Source: Thermodesulfobacteriota bacterium (GTDB lineage Bacteria; Desulfobacterota; Desulfobacteria; Desulfobacterales; Desulfobacteraceae). From it: a stretch of 41,080 bases of DNA. The notes beneath the pieces are model-generated. The model worked only from the letters and a program-made list of their open reading frames with translations, had not been told where the DNA came from and did not search any database. Positions 1 through 9,124 of this stretch are shown piece after piece (within the stretch, counting starts at the first letter, position 1; every line of letters begins with the position of its first letter). The translations under genes and the position numbers were made by a program. The stretch is from NCBI GenBank assembly GCA_034659375.1, contig JAYEHB010000385.1, forward strand, positions 1-41,080, read 5' to 3'.

Positions 1-219
1 TGGCCGATGCGGAAACCACGCTCCGGCCATGCCGGTTTATATGAAAGTCCATCCAAGCGACTGCAATGATAGACTTTTTAACTTTGTTGTGACCGATGAG
101 AATGACCACGCTCCGGCCGTGCCGGTTTATATGAAAGTCCATCCAAGCGACTGCAATGATAGATTTTTTAACTTTGTTGTGACCGATGAGAATGACCACG
201 CTCCGGCCGTGCCGGTTAT
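1..219 (+). repeat. Tandem array (about 2.4 copies, open at the window edge) of a 90-bp unit belonging to the TATATGAAAGTCC / GTGRCCGATG..CCGGCCRTGCCGG interspersed-repeat family
   Basis: 31-120 and 121-210 are near-identical (gccggtttatatgaaagtccatccaagcgactgcaatgatagaYtttttaactttgttgtgaccgatgagaatgaccacgctccggccgt). A partial third copy lies at 211-219. The same motifs recur at about 2575, 9246, 18511, 20878 and 25716. Confidence 0.9.
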
Positions 220-238
220 ACAAATGGAGGTAATTAAA

Positions 239-547
239 ATGCCTGAAGGAAACGGTTTTGTAATGAAGGATAGTGAAAAGCTGGCAGGCTCCAAAGACTC
301 ATTGCCAGGAGTTGATTTTTCCACGTTTATTCTTTCACTCTATTCATCAGCATTGGTGCAGTTGGGTGAGATGGAGGATCCAGCCTCTGGAACAAAGACG
401 CAGAATCTGGGTCTGGCCAAACAAAGTGTTGATATGATTATCATGCTTGAAAAAAAGACCAGGGGTAACCTTGATAAGGATGAGGCAAATCTCATGAAGA
501 GCCTTCTCCATGAATTAAGGCTGGCATATGTAAAGGCAAAAGGTTGA
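239..547 (+). CDS. DUF1844-family small protein
   Basis: Sequence MPEGNGFVMKD..VDFSTFILSLYSSALVQLGE..LAKQSVDMIIMLEKKTRGNL..LLHELRLAYV is typical of DUF1844. GGAGG at 227-231 lies 7 nt upstream of ATG 239. The long ORF 29..547 upstream of this point is only read-through of the tandem repeat. Confidence 0.75.
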   Translation: MPEGNGFVMKDSEKLAGSKDSLPGVDFSTFILSLYSSALVQLGEMEDPASGTKTQNLGLAKQSVDMIIMLEKKTRGNLDKDEANLMKSLLHELRLAYVKAKG

Positions 548-1434
548 TTGTTAAAGAGATATCCCGGGCAAAGATAAATCTGGCTCTTTATGTTACTGGA
601 AAAAGAGATGATGGATACCATGATTTATGCTCTTTAATGAGTTTTATTGAGCTTTGTGATGATCTGGAATTTGATTTTCAAACAAGCAAAGTCTCTGTTT
701 TGTGCAGTCACCCGGATGTTCCTGAGGATCATACAAATCTTGTATGTAGAGCTGGAGCTCTTTTTTTTGATAAATTTTTGGGTATAGATAAAAAACAAGC
801 TCTCACCAGAGGCGTTGCCATAAAAATCAGAAAGAGAATTCCTGTTGGTGCAGGTCTTGGCGGCGGCAGCAGTAATGCTGCCACAGTGCTGAAAGTGCTG
901 AACAGGTGGTATGAAAATCCTTTTTCAAATATGCAGCTGATGAAGATGGGACTTTCTATTGGTGCGGATGTTCCTTTTTTTATCCATGGCGGTCCGGCCG
1001 TTGCACAGGGAGTTGGAGAAAGGCTTAAAAAATGTAATCCTCTTTTGCCATACCATGTTCTTCTTTTTTTTCCGGGTATCACTGCTTCAACTGCAGATGT
1101 CTATAAAAATATAGATTTATCATTGACAAAATATGGAAAATCTAATATTAATAATCTTTTAAAAATATGTGAATCAGGGAGAGAGGTTGATATAAAGGAT
1201 TTTTTGCATAATGATCTTGAATCTTCTGCATTGAGACTCTACCCTGATATTGGATATGTAAAAAAAGAGATGGCTCGGTTTTTGCCTGAAGGTGTTCTTA
1301 TGACAGGAAGCGGTTCTTCTTTTTTTGCTATTTTTTCTGATTATGGAAAGGCAGATCGTGCTTTTAGGGAACTTTCCGAAAAATGGGAAGGTAGTGGTAA
1401 AAAGATTTTTTTAACCTGTTTTGCAGTAAATTAA
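544..1434 (+). CDS. ispE: 4-diphosphocytidyl-2-C-methyl-D-erythritol kinase
   Basis: GHMP-kinase signature: AKINLALYVTGKRDDGYHDL and PVGAGLGGGSSNAA. The TTG start overlaps the upstream TGA stop (TTGA). Confidence 0.9.
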   Translation: MIVKEISRAKINLALYVTGKRDDGYHDLCSLMSFIELCDDLEFDFQTSKVSVLCSHPDVPEDHTNLVCRAGALFFDKFLGIDKKQALTRGVAIKIRKRIPVGAGLGGGSSNAATVLKVLNRWYENPFSNMQLMKMGLSIGADVPFFIHGGPAVAQGVGERLKKCNPLLPYHVLLFFPGITASTADVYKNIDLSLTKYGKSNINNLLKICESGREVDIKDFLHNDLESSALRLYPDIGYVKKEMARFLPEGVLMTGSGSSFFAIFSDYGKADRAFRELSEKWEGSGKKIFLTCFAVN

Positions 1435-1452
1435 AAAAAATGTTTAGAGTTT

Positions 1453-1527
1453 TGGGGCGTCGTCAAGCGGTAAGACACAGGATTTTGATTCCTGCATTCG
1501 GAGGTTCGATTCCTCCCGCCCCAGCCA
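1453..1527 (+). tRNA. tRNA-Gln (anticodon UUG)
   Basis: 75-nt cloverleaf. Acceptor TGGGGCG/CGCCCCA. Anticodon stem CAGGA/TCCTG with loop TTTTGAT. T arm GGAGG-TTCGATT-CCTCC. Encoded CCA. Confidence 0.9.
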
Positions 1528-1558
1528 GTAATAAAAATTGCTTTAAAAGAGAATTTAT

Positions 1559-2497
1559 ATGAACGGAATATCGATTTTTTCAGGTAATGCAAATTCCTCT
1601 CTTGCACAAAAGATCTCCAGGTACATTGCAAAACCCCTTGGCAGCTCAAAGCTGAATAGATTCAGTGATGGAGAGATTCAGGTGGAGATCCATGAAAATG
1701 TGAGAAGACAGGAAGTGTTTGTTATTCAATCAACATGTGCTCCTGTGCATGAAAATCTTTTTGAACTGCTCTTAATGACAGATGCACTGAAAAGATCATC
1801 TGCCAGCAGAATAACAGCAGTCATCCCCTATTTCGGGTATGCACGACAGGATAAAAAAGTTGCTCCCAGGGTACCTATCAGTGCCAAACTTGTGGCAGAT
1901 CTTCTTACCACTACAGGTGTACACAGGGTTATTACTCTTGATCTCCATGCAGCTCAGATACAGGGCTTTTTTGATATCCCTGTTGACAACCTTTATGCCA
2001 CGCCTGTTATTCTTGACCATATCAAAACAAATTACGGGGATGATCTTGTTGTTGTCTCTCCCGATGCTGGTGGTGTAGAAAGGGCAAGGGCGTTTGCAAA
2101 GAGGCTTAATGCCGGTCTTGCCATTGTGGATAAGCGCAGAAGTGCTCCAAACAAGGCAAAGGCAATGGCTATTATTGGAGAGGTAAAGGATAAAACTGCT
2201 ATTATTCTGGATGATATGGTTGATACAGCAGGTACTCTTTCAGAGGCTGCCGGTGTTATAAAGTCCAAAGGGGCCAAGGCTGTTCATGCCTACTGCACCC
2301 ATCCTGTTCTTTCAGGGCCTGCTGTGGAAAGAATAGAAAATTCTTCATTAAACTCCCTTGTGGTGACAGATACCATCCCGTTATCTACCGAAGCTGAAAA
2401 ATGTGATAAGATAAAGACTCTTTCCATAGCAAATTTAGTGGGGGAGGCGATTGTCCGCAGTTACAGGGGTGATTCTGTAAATTCTCTTTTTGTATAA
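1559..2497 (+). CDS. prs: Ribose-phosphate pyrophosphokinase (PRPP synthetase)
   Basis: Full-length Prs-like sequence: [46 protein letters not shown]. The TAA stop lies inside the repeat terminus TATAACTGCCACGGGCAG. Confidence 0.95.
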   Translation: MNGISIFSGNANSSLAQKISRYIAKPLGSSKLNRFSDGEIQVEIHENVRRQEVFVIQSTCAPVHENLFELLLMTDALKRSSASRITAVIPYFGYARQDKKVAPRVPISAKLVADLLTTTGVHRVITLDLHAAQIQGFFDIPVDNLYATPVILDHIKTNYGDDLVVVSPDAGGVERARAFAKRLNAGLAIVDKRRSAPNKAKAMAIIGEVKDKTAIILDDMVDTAGTLSEAAGVIKSKGAKAVHAYCTHPVLSGPAVERIENSSLNSLVVTDTIPLSTEAEKCDKIKTLSIANLVGEAIVRSYRGDSVNSLFV

Positions 2498-2686
2498 CTG
2501 CCACGGGCAGCCTTGGTGGTCTAAGTCTGCACACAACAAATGATGAAAGTACACTCCTGGTTTGCTAGGACTTTCATATAAACCGGCATGGCCGGAGCAT
2601 GGTCATTCTCATCGACCACAACAAACTATGAAAGTCCAATGATTATAGTCTATTGAACGGACTCTCATATAAACTGCCATGGGCAG
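2494..2686 (-). repeat. Mosaic interspersed-repeat cluster (CTGCCAYGGGCAG palindrome + GGTGGTCTAAGTCTGCACAC module + ATGAAAGT hairpin + CCGGCATGGCCGG..CATCGRYCAC module + second ATGAAAGTCC hairpin)
   Basis: The reverse complement is nearly identical to 20846-20972 and 25827-25917. Internal hairpins: atgaaagt..actttcat, ctgccacgggcag, tatgaaagtcc..ggactctcata. Confidence 0.9.
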
Positions 2687-2718
2687 TTTTGCTCATAATT
2701 AAAGTAGAAAGTTCAAAT

Positions 2719-2747
2719 TTGCAACATTTGTAGAGATTTTCTAATAA
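2719..2747 (+). promoter_or_regulatory. Candidate sigma70-type promoter for rplY-pth
   Basis: TTGCAA (2719-2724), 17-nt spacer, TAATAA (2742-2747), about 75 nt upstream of the rplY start. Pattern match only. Confidence 0.3.
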
Positions 2748-2821
2748 ACGCACATGGCAAAACGCTTTGCCACAACAAATATACCATACTGCATTAAAAT
2801 GCAGATACGGAGGATAAGATT

Positions 2822-3484
2822 TTGGAACTGATTGATTTAAAAGCTGAACATAGACAGGGCAAAGGTAAAAGCCATGCACATGCTTTAAGAAAAAATAATT
2901 TAGTGCCGGCAGTTCTTTATGGATCAAAAATAGAGTCTTTGAAGCTTTCAATTATAAAGAATGATCTGGAGAAGATTATACGTGAGAATGGTTTGGCAGG
3001 TGTCTTTATTAACCTTGCAACTGAAGGTGATACAGAGAAATCACGGACAGTAATGCTCAAGGAAGTTCAGATGGATACCTTTAATCTAACTTATCTTCAT
3101 GTTGATTTTCAGGAGATAGACATGGATGCAACAGTTACTGTCAGTGTTCCTGTTCAGGCTGTTGGAAAATCCAAAGGTGTTGAAGAGGGTGGTGTTATTC
3201 AGGTCATCAGACGTGAACTGGATGTTGTATGTCGTCCGGCAGATGTCCCTGATATGGTAAGCATAGATATCTCTGAACTTGGCATTGGTGATGCTGTTCA
3301 TGTTAATGAGATAGATCTGGGTGATGATGTTAATATTCCCTATGATGTTGAATTTACTGTTTTGACAATTGTACCTCCAACAGCAGAAGAAGAAGTTGAG
3401 GAAGAAGAGGGCATTGTTGAAGAAGGTGCTGAAGAAGGTGCTGAAGAAGGTGCTGAAGAAGGCACTGAAAAGTCTGGTGAATAG
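2822..3484 (+). CDS. rplY: 50S ribosomal protein L25 / general stress protein Ctc, with an acidic C-terminal tail
   Basis: N-terminus LKAEHRQGKGKSHAHALRKNNLVPAVLYG is L25/Ctc-like. TTG start with GGAGG at 2809-2813. Sits upstream of pth, as in many bacteria. Confidence 0.85.
   Translation: MELIDLKAEHRQGKGKSHAHALRKNNLVPAVLYGSKIESLKLSIIKNDLEKIIRENGLAGVFINLATEGDTEKSRTVMLKEVQMDTFNLTYLHVDFQEIDMDATVTVSVPVQAVGKSKGVEEGGVIQVIRRELDVVCRPADVPDMVSIDISELGIGDAVHVNEIDLGDDVNIPYDVEFTVLTIVPPTAEEEVEEEEGIVEEGAEEGAEEGAEEGTEKSGE
3419..3466 (+). repeat. In-frame 12-nt tandem repeat (gaagaaggtgct x4) encoding the (EEGA)n tail of L25
   Basis: Direct reading: three perfect units plus one variant (gaagaaggcact). Confidence 0.9.
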
Positions 3485-3551
3485 TAAAACAGGTAAGGGA
3501 ATTGGAAGAAAATAATATACCCATAATTCAAAAAGGGTACACTCATATTTT

Positions 3552-4133
3552 ATGGCATATAACCAGGTGATCATGGTGGCCGGTCTGGGTAACCCAGGGG
3601 AAAAATATACCCGGACCCGTCATAATATAGGGTTCCTGGTAGTTGATGAACTTGCCCGTCGGTATTCCCTCTCCCTTGATAGATCCAGATTTGATGCCAA
3701 ATATTCAAAAGGTGTAATCAAGGGTGTCAAAGTTGTTCTTGTAAAACCCGAATCTTTTATGAACAGAAGCGGTTTTCCAGTTCAAAAACTCTCCTCTTAT
3801 TATAAAATAGAACTTTCAGATATAGTTGTTGTCCATGATGATCTTGATCTTGAGTTTGGAAAAATTAAGATTGTAAAAAATAGAGGTCATGGCGGGCATA
3901 ATGGTATCAGGTCAATTATCGATTCCTTTGGTTCAAAGGATTTTATACGCATTCGAACCGGTGTTGGGCGACCCCGGGGCCCAAGGGGAGTTACCGGCCA
4001 TGTGCTGGGTCGTTTTTCTCCTGAAGAGAAGATGGAGCTGTCTATTTTTGTGGAAAAAGCAGCTGATGCTGTTATTGCTGTTATGGAACAGGGTGTTACG
4101 GCTGCCATGAATATCTATAACTCAACTTTCTGA
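3552..4133 (+). CDS. pth: Peptidyl-tRNA hydrolase
   Basis: GLGNPGEKYTRTRHNIGF, HDDLDL and GHGGHNGIRS motifs. ATG 3573 is an alternative start. Confidence 0.92.
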   Translation: MAYNQVIMVAGLGNPGEKYTRTRHNIGFLVVDELARRYSLSLDRSRFDAKYSKGVIKGVKVVLVKPESFMNRSGFPVQKLSSYYKIELSDIVVVHDDLDLEFGKIKIVKNRGHGGHNGIRSIIDSFGSKDFIRIRTGVGRPRGPRGVTGHVLGRFSPEEKMELSIFVEKAADAVIAVMEQGVTAAMNIYNSTF

Positions 4134-4260
4134 CCCCACCATCACATGATTAAGCTGCTCTGTTTAAAAAAAAATTGATTAATCTGTGAATGTATGTTAT
4201 TGTAGTAAAAGCTGGCCATATTGTTGTTTAATGATTGAAACAAAAAGATTGGTGGTTTTT

Positions 4261-4788
4261 ATGGGGCAAAAAAGCAAAAAAGAGAAAGTTTGTAAACCTG
4301 GAAAAAAAGAATTTTTCAAGGGCGATCTGGCTGTTTATCCGGCCCACGGGGTGGGTTGTATCGAATCCATCGAGTGCAAGGAGATAAACGGTGAAAACAT
4401 GAATTTTTATATGTTGAAGATCGTTGAGAACGGCATGGTAATCATGATCCCTACTTCCAATGTGGAGTCGATTGGTCTTAGGGAGGTTATTTCTGAAAAT
4501 GAGATCCCGGAAGTCTACAAAATCATGCAGGAAAAAGGGCATGATATTGATAAACAGACCTGGAACCGCAGGTATCGGGAATACATGGACAAGATCAAAA
4601 CTGGTTCTATTTACGATGTTGCTGAAGTGTTCAGAGACCTTTTTCAATTGAAACTTGAAAAAGACCTCTCCTTTGGCGAACGTAAACTTCTGGATACGGC
4701 ACAGAGTTTGCTGGTTCAGGAACTTTCAACTTCCAAGGACGTGGACGAAGAGGCTATGATGATTGAGATTGAAGAACTCTTTGTTTGA
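4261..4788 (+). CDS. carD: CarD/CdnL-family RNA-polymerase-binding transcription regulator
   Basis: FKGDLAVYPAHGVGCIESIE..FYMLKI..MIMIPTSNVESIGLR..WNRRYREYMDKIKTGSIYDVAEVFRDL matches CarD_CdnL_TRCF. The start is set at ATG 4261 rather than the ORF-track start 4186. Confidence 0.85.
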   Translation: MGQKSKKEKVCKPGKKEFFKGDLAVYPAHGVGCIESIECKEINGENMNFYMLKIVENGMVIMIPTSNVESIGLREVISENEIPEVYKIMQEKGHDIDKQTWNRRYREYMDKIKTGSIYDVAEVFRDLFQLKLEKDLSFGERKLLDTAQSLLVQELSTSKDVDEEAMMIEIEELFV

Positions 4789-4824
4789 TTTTGTGTACAA
4801 CAACAATGGCCGTAGATTTTAAAA

Positions 4825-4866
4825 AGACCGGCAGACGAAACAACGTCTGCCGGTCTTTTTTTTTTG
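4825..4866 (+). terminator. Rho-independent terminator after carD
   Basis: 13-bp perfect stem agaccggcagacg / cgtctgccggtct, 6-nt loop aaacaa, followed by an 11-nt T run. Confidence 0.85.
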
Positions 4867-4952
4867 GAATTTTTTATGAAGGTACTTTAATTGCCCGACT
4901 AGGCAAGGTGCAGTGCCCTGTGAGTACTTACGGTTTTTTTTGGGAATGTTTT

Positions 4953-5927
4953 ATGAAAATTGAATTTGAGATAACAGAAGAGTTTCAAGGTGAAAGGGTG
5001 GATCATGCCGTTGCTCTTTATGTTAAAACCTGTTCCAGGAGTGTTGCAGCTTCTCTGATTAAGTCTGGTGATATTCTGGTGTCAGGAGAGAAGAAAAAGC
5101 CTGGTTACAGGATAAAATCTGGAGATATGATTGTTGGTACTGTTTCAGATGAACCCCGGCCTGTGATAGCTGGTGAAGTCCTGGAAATTGATATTCTCCA
5201 TGAGGACAGTCATATTATTGTTTTAAACAAAAAGGCAGGAATGGTTGTTCATCCGGCTCCTGGTAATTATTCCGGAACCCTTGTAAACGCTCTTCTACAT
5301 CATTATCCTTTGTTGAAAAATGTTGGTAAGGATATAGTAAGGTCAGGTATTGTCCACAGGCTTGATAAAGATACCAGCGGAGTCATGGTGGTTGCTAAAA
5401 ATGATTCAGCATTCAGATTTTTGCAAAATGAATTTAAGCAGCGAAGGGTTGTTAAAAAATATTTTGCTCTTGTAACAGGGAACATGAAAAACGATTCAGG
5501 CAGTATAACCCTTCCCATTGGCCGTCATCCAGTTAAAAGAAAAATCATGTCCACAAAGAGTAAAAGTGCCAGGCATGCCATAACCCTGTGGCAGGTGAAA
5601 AAACAATTTAACGGGGCATCTTTTGTGGAAGTTGAGTTGAAAACCGGCAGAACACATCAGATAAGGGTTCACTTTCGATCTCTTGGTCATCCTTTGATTG
5701 GGGACAGGGTTTATGGATTTAAAAAAAGGAGTAAAAAAAGAAAAGATTCCGGGTCTTTGATTGAAAATCAAGTTTTACGACAGATGCTCCACGCAGGGAA
5801 GTTAAGTTTCAGGCACCCCTGGTCAGGCAGGCGGGTTGATTTTAAAGCTCCTCTTCCCGATGATTTTAAAGATATTCTCCGTAAATATTCGGCCAGTACC
5901 CCATCCTCGTCCGTTTTGGCCTGCTAA
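4953..5927 (+). CDS. rluD: 23S rRNA pseudouridine synthase, RluA family (RluD-like, with N-terminal S4 domain)
   Basis: HRLDKDTSGVMVVAKN catalytic motif and GRTHQIRVH. Start taken at ATG 4953 (MKIEFEIT), downstream of the carD terminator. Confidence 0.88.
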   Translation: MKIEFEITEEFQGERVDHAVALYVKTCSRSVAASLIKSGDILVSGEKKKPGYRIKSGDMIVGTVSDEPRPVIAGEVLEIDILHEDSHIIVLNKKAGMVVHPAPGNYSGTLVNALLHHYPLLKNVGKDIVRSGIVHRLDKDTSGVMVVAKNDSAFRFLQNEFKQRRVVKKYFALVTGNMKNDSGSITLPIGRHPVKRKIMSTKSKSARHAITLWQVKKQFNGASFVEVELKTGRTHQIRVHFRSLGHPLIGDRVYGFKKRSKKRKDSGSLIENQVLRQMLHAGKLSFRHPWSGRRVDFKAPLPDDFKDILRKYSASTPSSSVLAC

Positions 5928-5952
5928 GGACTTGCCCAAAAATAAGTTACCA

Positions 5953-5994
5953 GTTCCCCTCGCTCCCAAGCTGGAGCTTGGGAGCGAGGGGAAC
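5953..5994. terminator. Perfect 20-bp-arm palindrome between convergent rluD and fdhA (bidirectional terminator-like). Member of the CCCAAGCT-NN-AGCTTGGG family.
   Basis: gttcccctcgctcccaagct gg agcttgggagcgaggggaac. No strong T run directly adjoins either side. Confidence 0.6.
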
Positions 5995-6015
5995 GACTTG
6001 GGAATGGACACCGAC

Positions 6016-8781
6016 TCAAGCAGCTTTTTTTATTTTTATTGCACAGACCTTGAATTCAGGTATCTTTGCAACGGGGTCAAGCTTTGCATTGGTCAATCTG
6101 TTGACTGCAGCCTTTGCAAAATGGAACGGAATAAACAGAGTTCCATCAACAGCTTTTGAAGATATTTTAAGCCTTGCAGTTATTGTTCCCCTGCGGGATG
6201 TTACTTCAACCATCTCTCCATGTTTAATGCCAAGTTTTGACGCATCATTTAATGATGTTTCCACAAAACATTCAGGTGCCATTATGTTCAGCCCCGGGCA
6301 TTTCATTGTCATTGTACCTGTGTGGTAATGGTATAAAACCCTGCCTGTTGTAAGCAGAAAGGGATATTCCTCATCCGGCAGTTCAGCCGGTGGTTTGTGG
6401 TCTATGGCATGGAACAGACCCCTGCCCCTGGTAAACTGCTCGGTATGGAGTATTGGTGTTCCAGGATGATCAAGGGTGGGACATGGCCAGTGGAGTCCCT
6501 CTTCCTCTATTCTTTCATAGGTAATCCCCCCGTAGGATGGTGTTACCATACAGATTTCCTGAAATATCTCCCTGCTGTTTTTGTAGTTCATTGGATAGCC
6601 CATGCGGGTTGCAAGATCGCATAGGATTTTCCAGTCATTTCTTGCAAATCCAGGAGCAACAACCGCTTTTCTGATCCTTTGAACCCTTCTTTCAGTATTG
6701 CTGAAGGTCCCGTTTTTTTCAGCAAAGCAGAATGCAGGAAGAACCACATCTGCTGTTTTTGCTGTTTCAGTGAGGAAAATATCCTGAACAACAAAAAAAT
6801 CAAGATTTTTTAATGCTTTTTCAACATGGTTAAGATCAGGGTCTGATACAAGGGGATTTTCCCCTATTATATAGAGGGCTTTTAACTCTCCCTGTTCAGC
6901 TTTTCCAATCATCTCTGTAACAGGCAGACCTGGATTTGGAGATAGTCCCGTGATATCCCAGGCATTTTCATATTTTATGCGTGCATCGTGATCATCAACT
7001 TTTTGATATGCTGTAAAGACATTGGGAAGTCCGCCCATGTCGCAGGCACCCTGGACATTGTTCTGACCCCTTAGAGGATTTACCCCGCCGCCGGCAATTC
7101 CAAGATCTCCGCATAACATGGAGAGATTGGCAAGGGATTTTACATTATCTGTTCCGCAGGTGTGCTGGGTGATTCCCATGCAATAGAGTATGGAAGCCCT
7201 TTTAGCCGCTGCAAAGGTCCGTGCTGTTTCAATGAGTTTTTCTGCAGGTATTGATGTTATTGCTTCAACATATTCAGGATTGTATACTGCAACTTTTTTC
7301 TTTAGCTCTTCAAAACCTTCAGTTCTGTTTGCTACAAACTCTTTATCATGCAGCTCTTCTTTAATTATTACATGCATCAGACCGTTGATCCAGGCAATAT
7401 CTGTACCTGGTTCAGGTCTGAGCCATGTGTCTGCATATTCTGTAAGTTTGATTTTTCTTGGATCTATGACAATAAGGGTTTTTCCCTTAAGTGTGGCTCT
7501 TTTTACAACAGATGAGAGAACAGGATGGTTTTCAGTTGTGTTGGTGCCTGTGGCAAGAATTACATCTGCTTCTCCAATATCGGCAATTGTGTTTGTCATT
7601 GCACCACTTCCAAAAGATGCAGCCAGACCGGCTACTGTGGAAGAGTGTCACAGCCTTGCACAATGGTCAATATTGTTGGTTTTAAGAACCGCTCTTGTGA
7701 ATTTCTGGGCAATATAGTTGTCTTCATTGGTTGTTCGTGCAGATGTAAGAACACCTATGCTGTCAGGGCCTGATTCATTTTTTATCTTACCTAATTTTGA
7801 AGCTACAAGTCCAAGTGCTTCATCCCATGTAGCTCCTTCAAGCTTTCCGTTTTTTTTTATCATTGGCGATGTGAGCCGTTGAGAAGAGCCTACAAAATCA
7901 TACCCAAATCGTCCCTTTACGCAGAGACTGCCGTGGTTGGGTGCCACGTCACCAGCACTGTTGATTTTTATAATTTTGTTGTTCTGCACATTTAACTCAA
8001 TCTGGCATCCAACTCCGCAGAATGTGCATGTTGTCCGTGTTTTAATGGTTTTTTCAAATCGTTTTTTTTCAAGAAAATTTACTGGAACCAGAGCTCCCAC
8101 AGGACAGACCTCAATACATTCTCCACAGAATACGCAGTCAGAATCTTTTAGGGCAACATCTGAGCCTGCCACAATTTTAGTGTCGGCCTCAGTGTAGCCA
8201 AAATCAATGGCATTGTTAACCTGTATCTCTCTGCATGCCTTTACGCACCGCCCGCATAGGATGCATCTGGAAAAATCCCGTATTATAAAAGGGTTGACTT
8301 TTTCCATGGGATATTTGCATTGAGACAGAGGAAGGCCTCTGGCTTTTACCTGGTATCTGTAAGCCAGATCCTGGAGTTTGCACTCTCCCCATACAGGACA
8401 GAGATCCTCTGTTCCGTCTTCTTTAAGAACCTTTAACTGAAATTGTGTCCAGTCTTTAGTATCAAAGTCTCTGATGGCACAATTATGATTTCCCGAGGAT
8501 AGCATGCCCCTTATAATGGAACGTCTCTCCTGGATAACTTTTTTTGATTCAGAATGAACTACCATGTTGTTTGATGCTGGTGTGGCACACGATTCAACAA
8601 GATCATGTTTGTCTTTAACTTCTACAACGCAGATTCTGCATCGTCCTGTGGGGGTAGTTCCTTTTAAGTTGCACAGAGTTGGAATAAAAATATTGTTTCT
8701 ATGTGCTACTTCCAGGATGGTTTCTCCAGGTTCAAAGGAAAGCTGATGATTATCTATGACGATATTATTTTTGTCGGTCAT
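6016..8781 (-). CDS. fdhA: Formate dehydrogenase catalytic subunit, selenocysteine-containing, with N-terminal 2Fe-2S and 4Fe-4S (NuoG/FdsA-like) domains
   Basis: ORFs 7648..8802 and 6016..7599 are one frame joined by an in-frame TGA (plus-strand tca at 7648-7650) in the context IDHCARL-U-HSSTVAGL. Also present: 2Fe-2S (CRICVVEV), two CxxCxxCxxxCP motifs, the Mo-bisPGD 4Fe-4S motif TTCTFCGVGC, and molybdopterin domains. Start probably ATG 8781, since GAGAGG lies 6-7 nt upstream. Confidence 0.88.
7607..7643 (-). promoter_or_regulatory. SECIS-like hairpin immediately 3' of the Sec UGA
   Basis: mRNA CUUCCA-CA-GUAGCC-GGUCU-GGCUGC-AUCUUU-UGGAAG starts 5 nt after UGA. The apical GGUC-containing loop sits over the VAGL codons, the same position as in E. 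coli fdhF. Folded by eye. Confidence 0.6.
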
Positions 8782-8813
8782 GGTCATCCTCTCAATTGGC
8801 AATTTTTAAAAGA

Positions 8814-8966
8814 GTTTAGTCTCTTAATTCCTAATTTTTTTTGGCAAAGGAATTAATAACCTTAAAGGTCACACCTGGCTTAGAAGGTCACACGTAACCT
8901 AAAGGTCACACGTAACCTCGTTTGCCTGTGACCTTCAGGTTAGGTTCTGGCTTGGTCAGGTTAGAA
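8814..8966 (+). repeat. L-module variant (TTAATTC..GGCAAAGGAATTAA hairpin) plus three copies of AGGTCACAC(G)TAACCT and the CGTTTGCCTGTGACCTTCAGGTTAGGTTCTGGCTTGGTCAGGTTAG tail
   Basis: Aligns with 20741-20841, 23046-23144, 24127-24227 and 25366-25466. Lies in the fdhA / RnfB-GltD divergent spacer. Confidence 0.85.
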
Positions 8967-9124
8967 CACAAATAAATTATTCGTACAGCATAAATATGAA
9001 AATGTCAACGTGATCATAATTATTTTTTAAGATATGGTTGACTTTTTATTTTGCAGATGCTTATACACTTTATATGAAAGAGGAGAAGGTATAATTCCTT
9101 AACGGTCAGTTGTCAGCATTTTTA

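Noticed and set aside
1-219. Possible CRISPR array (regularly spaced repeats at 1-219 and in the intergenic clusters)
   Set aside because: The units are directly abutting 90-bp tandem copies with no unique spacers. The dispersed copies are mosaic modules of varying order and orientation. No cas genes are present in the window.
29-238. N-terminal 70 codons of ORF 29..547 (MPVYMKVHPSDCNDR.. repeated twice)
   Set aside because: This is a translation of the 90-bp tandem repeat. The DUF1844 homology begins only after ATG 224/239, and ATG 239 has its own GGAGG RBS. The stretch is treated as repeat read-through, not as coding sequence, and the in-frame property is reported separately as a finding.
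4186-4260. Upstream extensions of the track ORFs for carD (4186), rluD (4785), rpsB (29714), dxr (34226), tsf (30640) and frr (32050)
   Set aside because: The extensions are Cys/Phe-rich or cross a terminator (4825-4866). They precede the positions where family homology and RBS-like sequences begin, so internal ATG starts were chosen.
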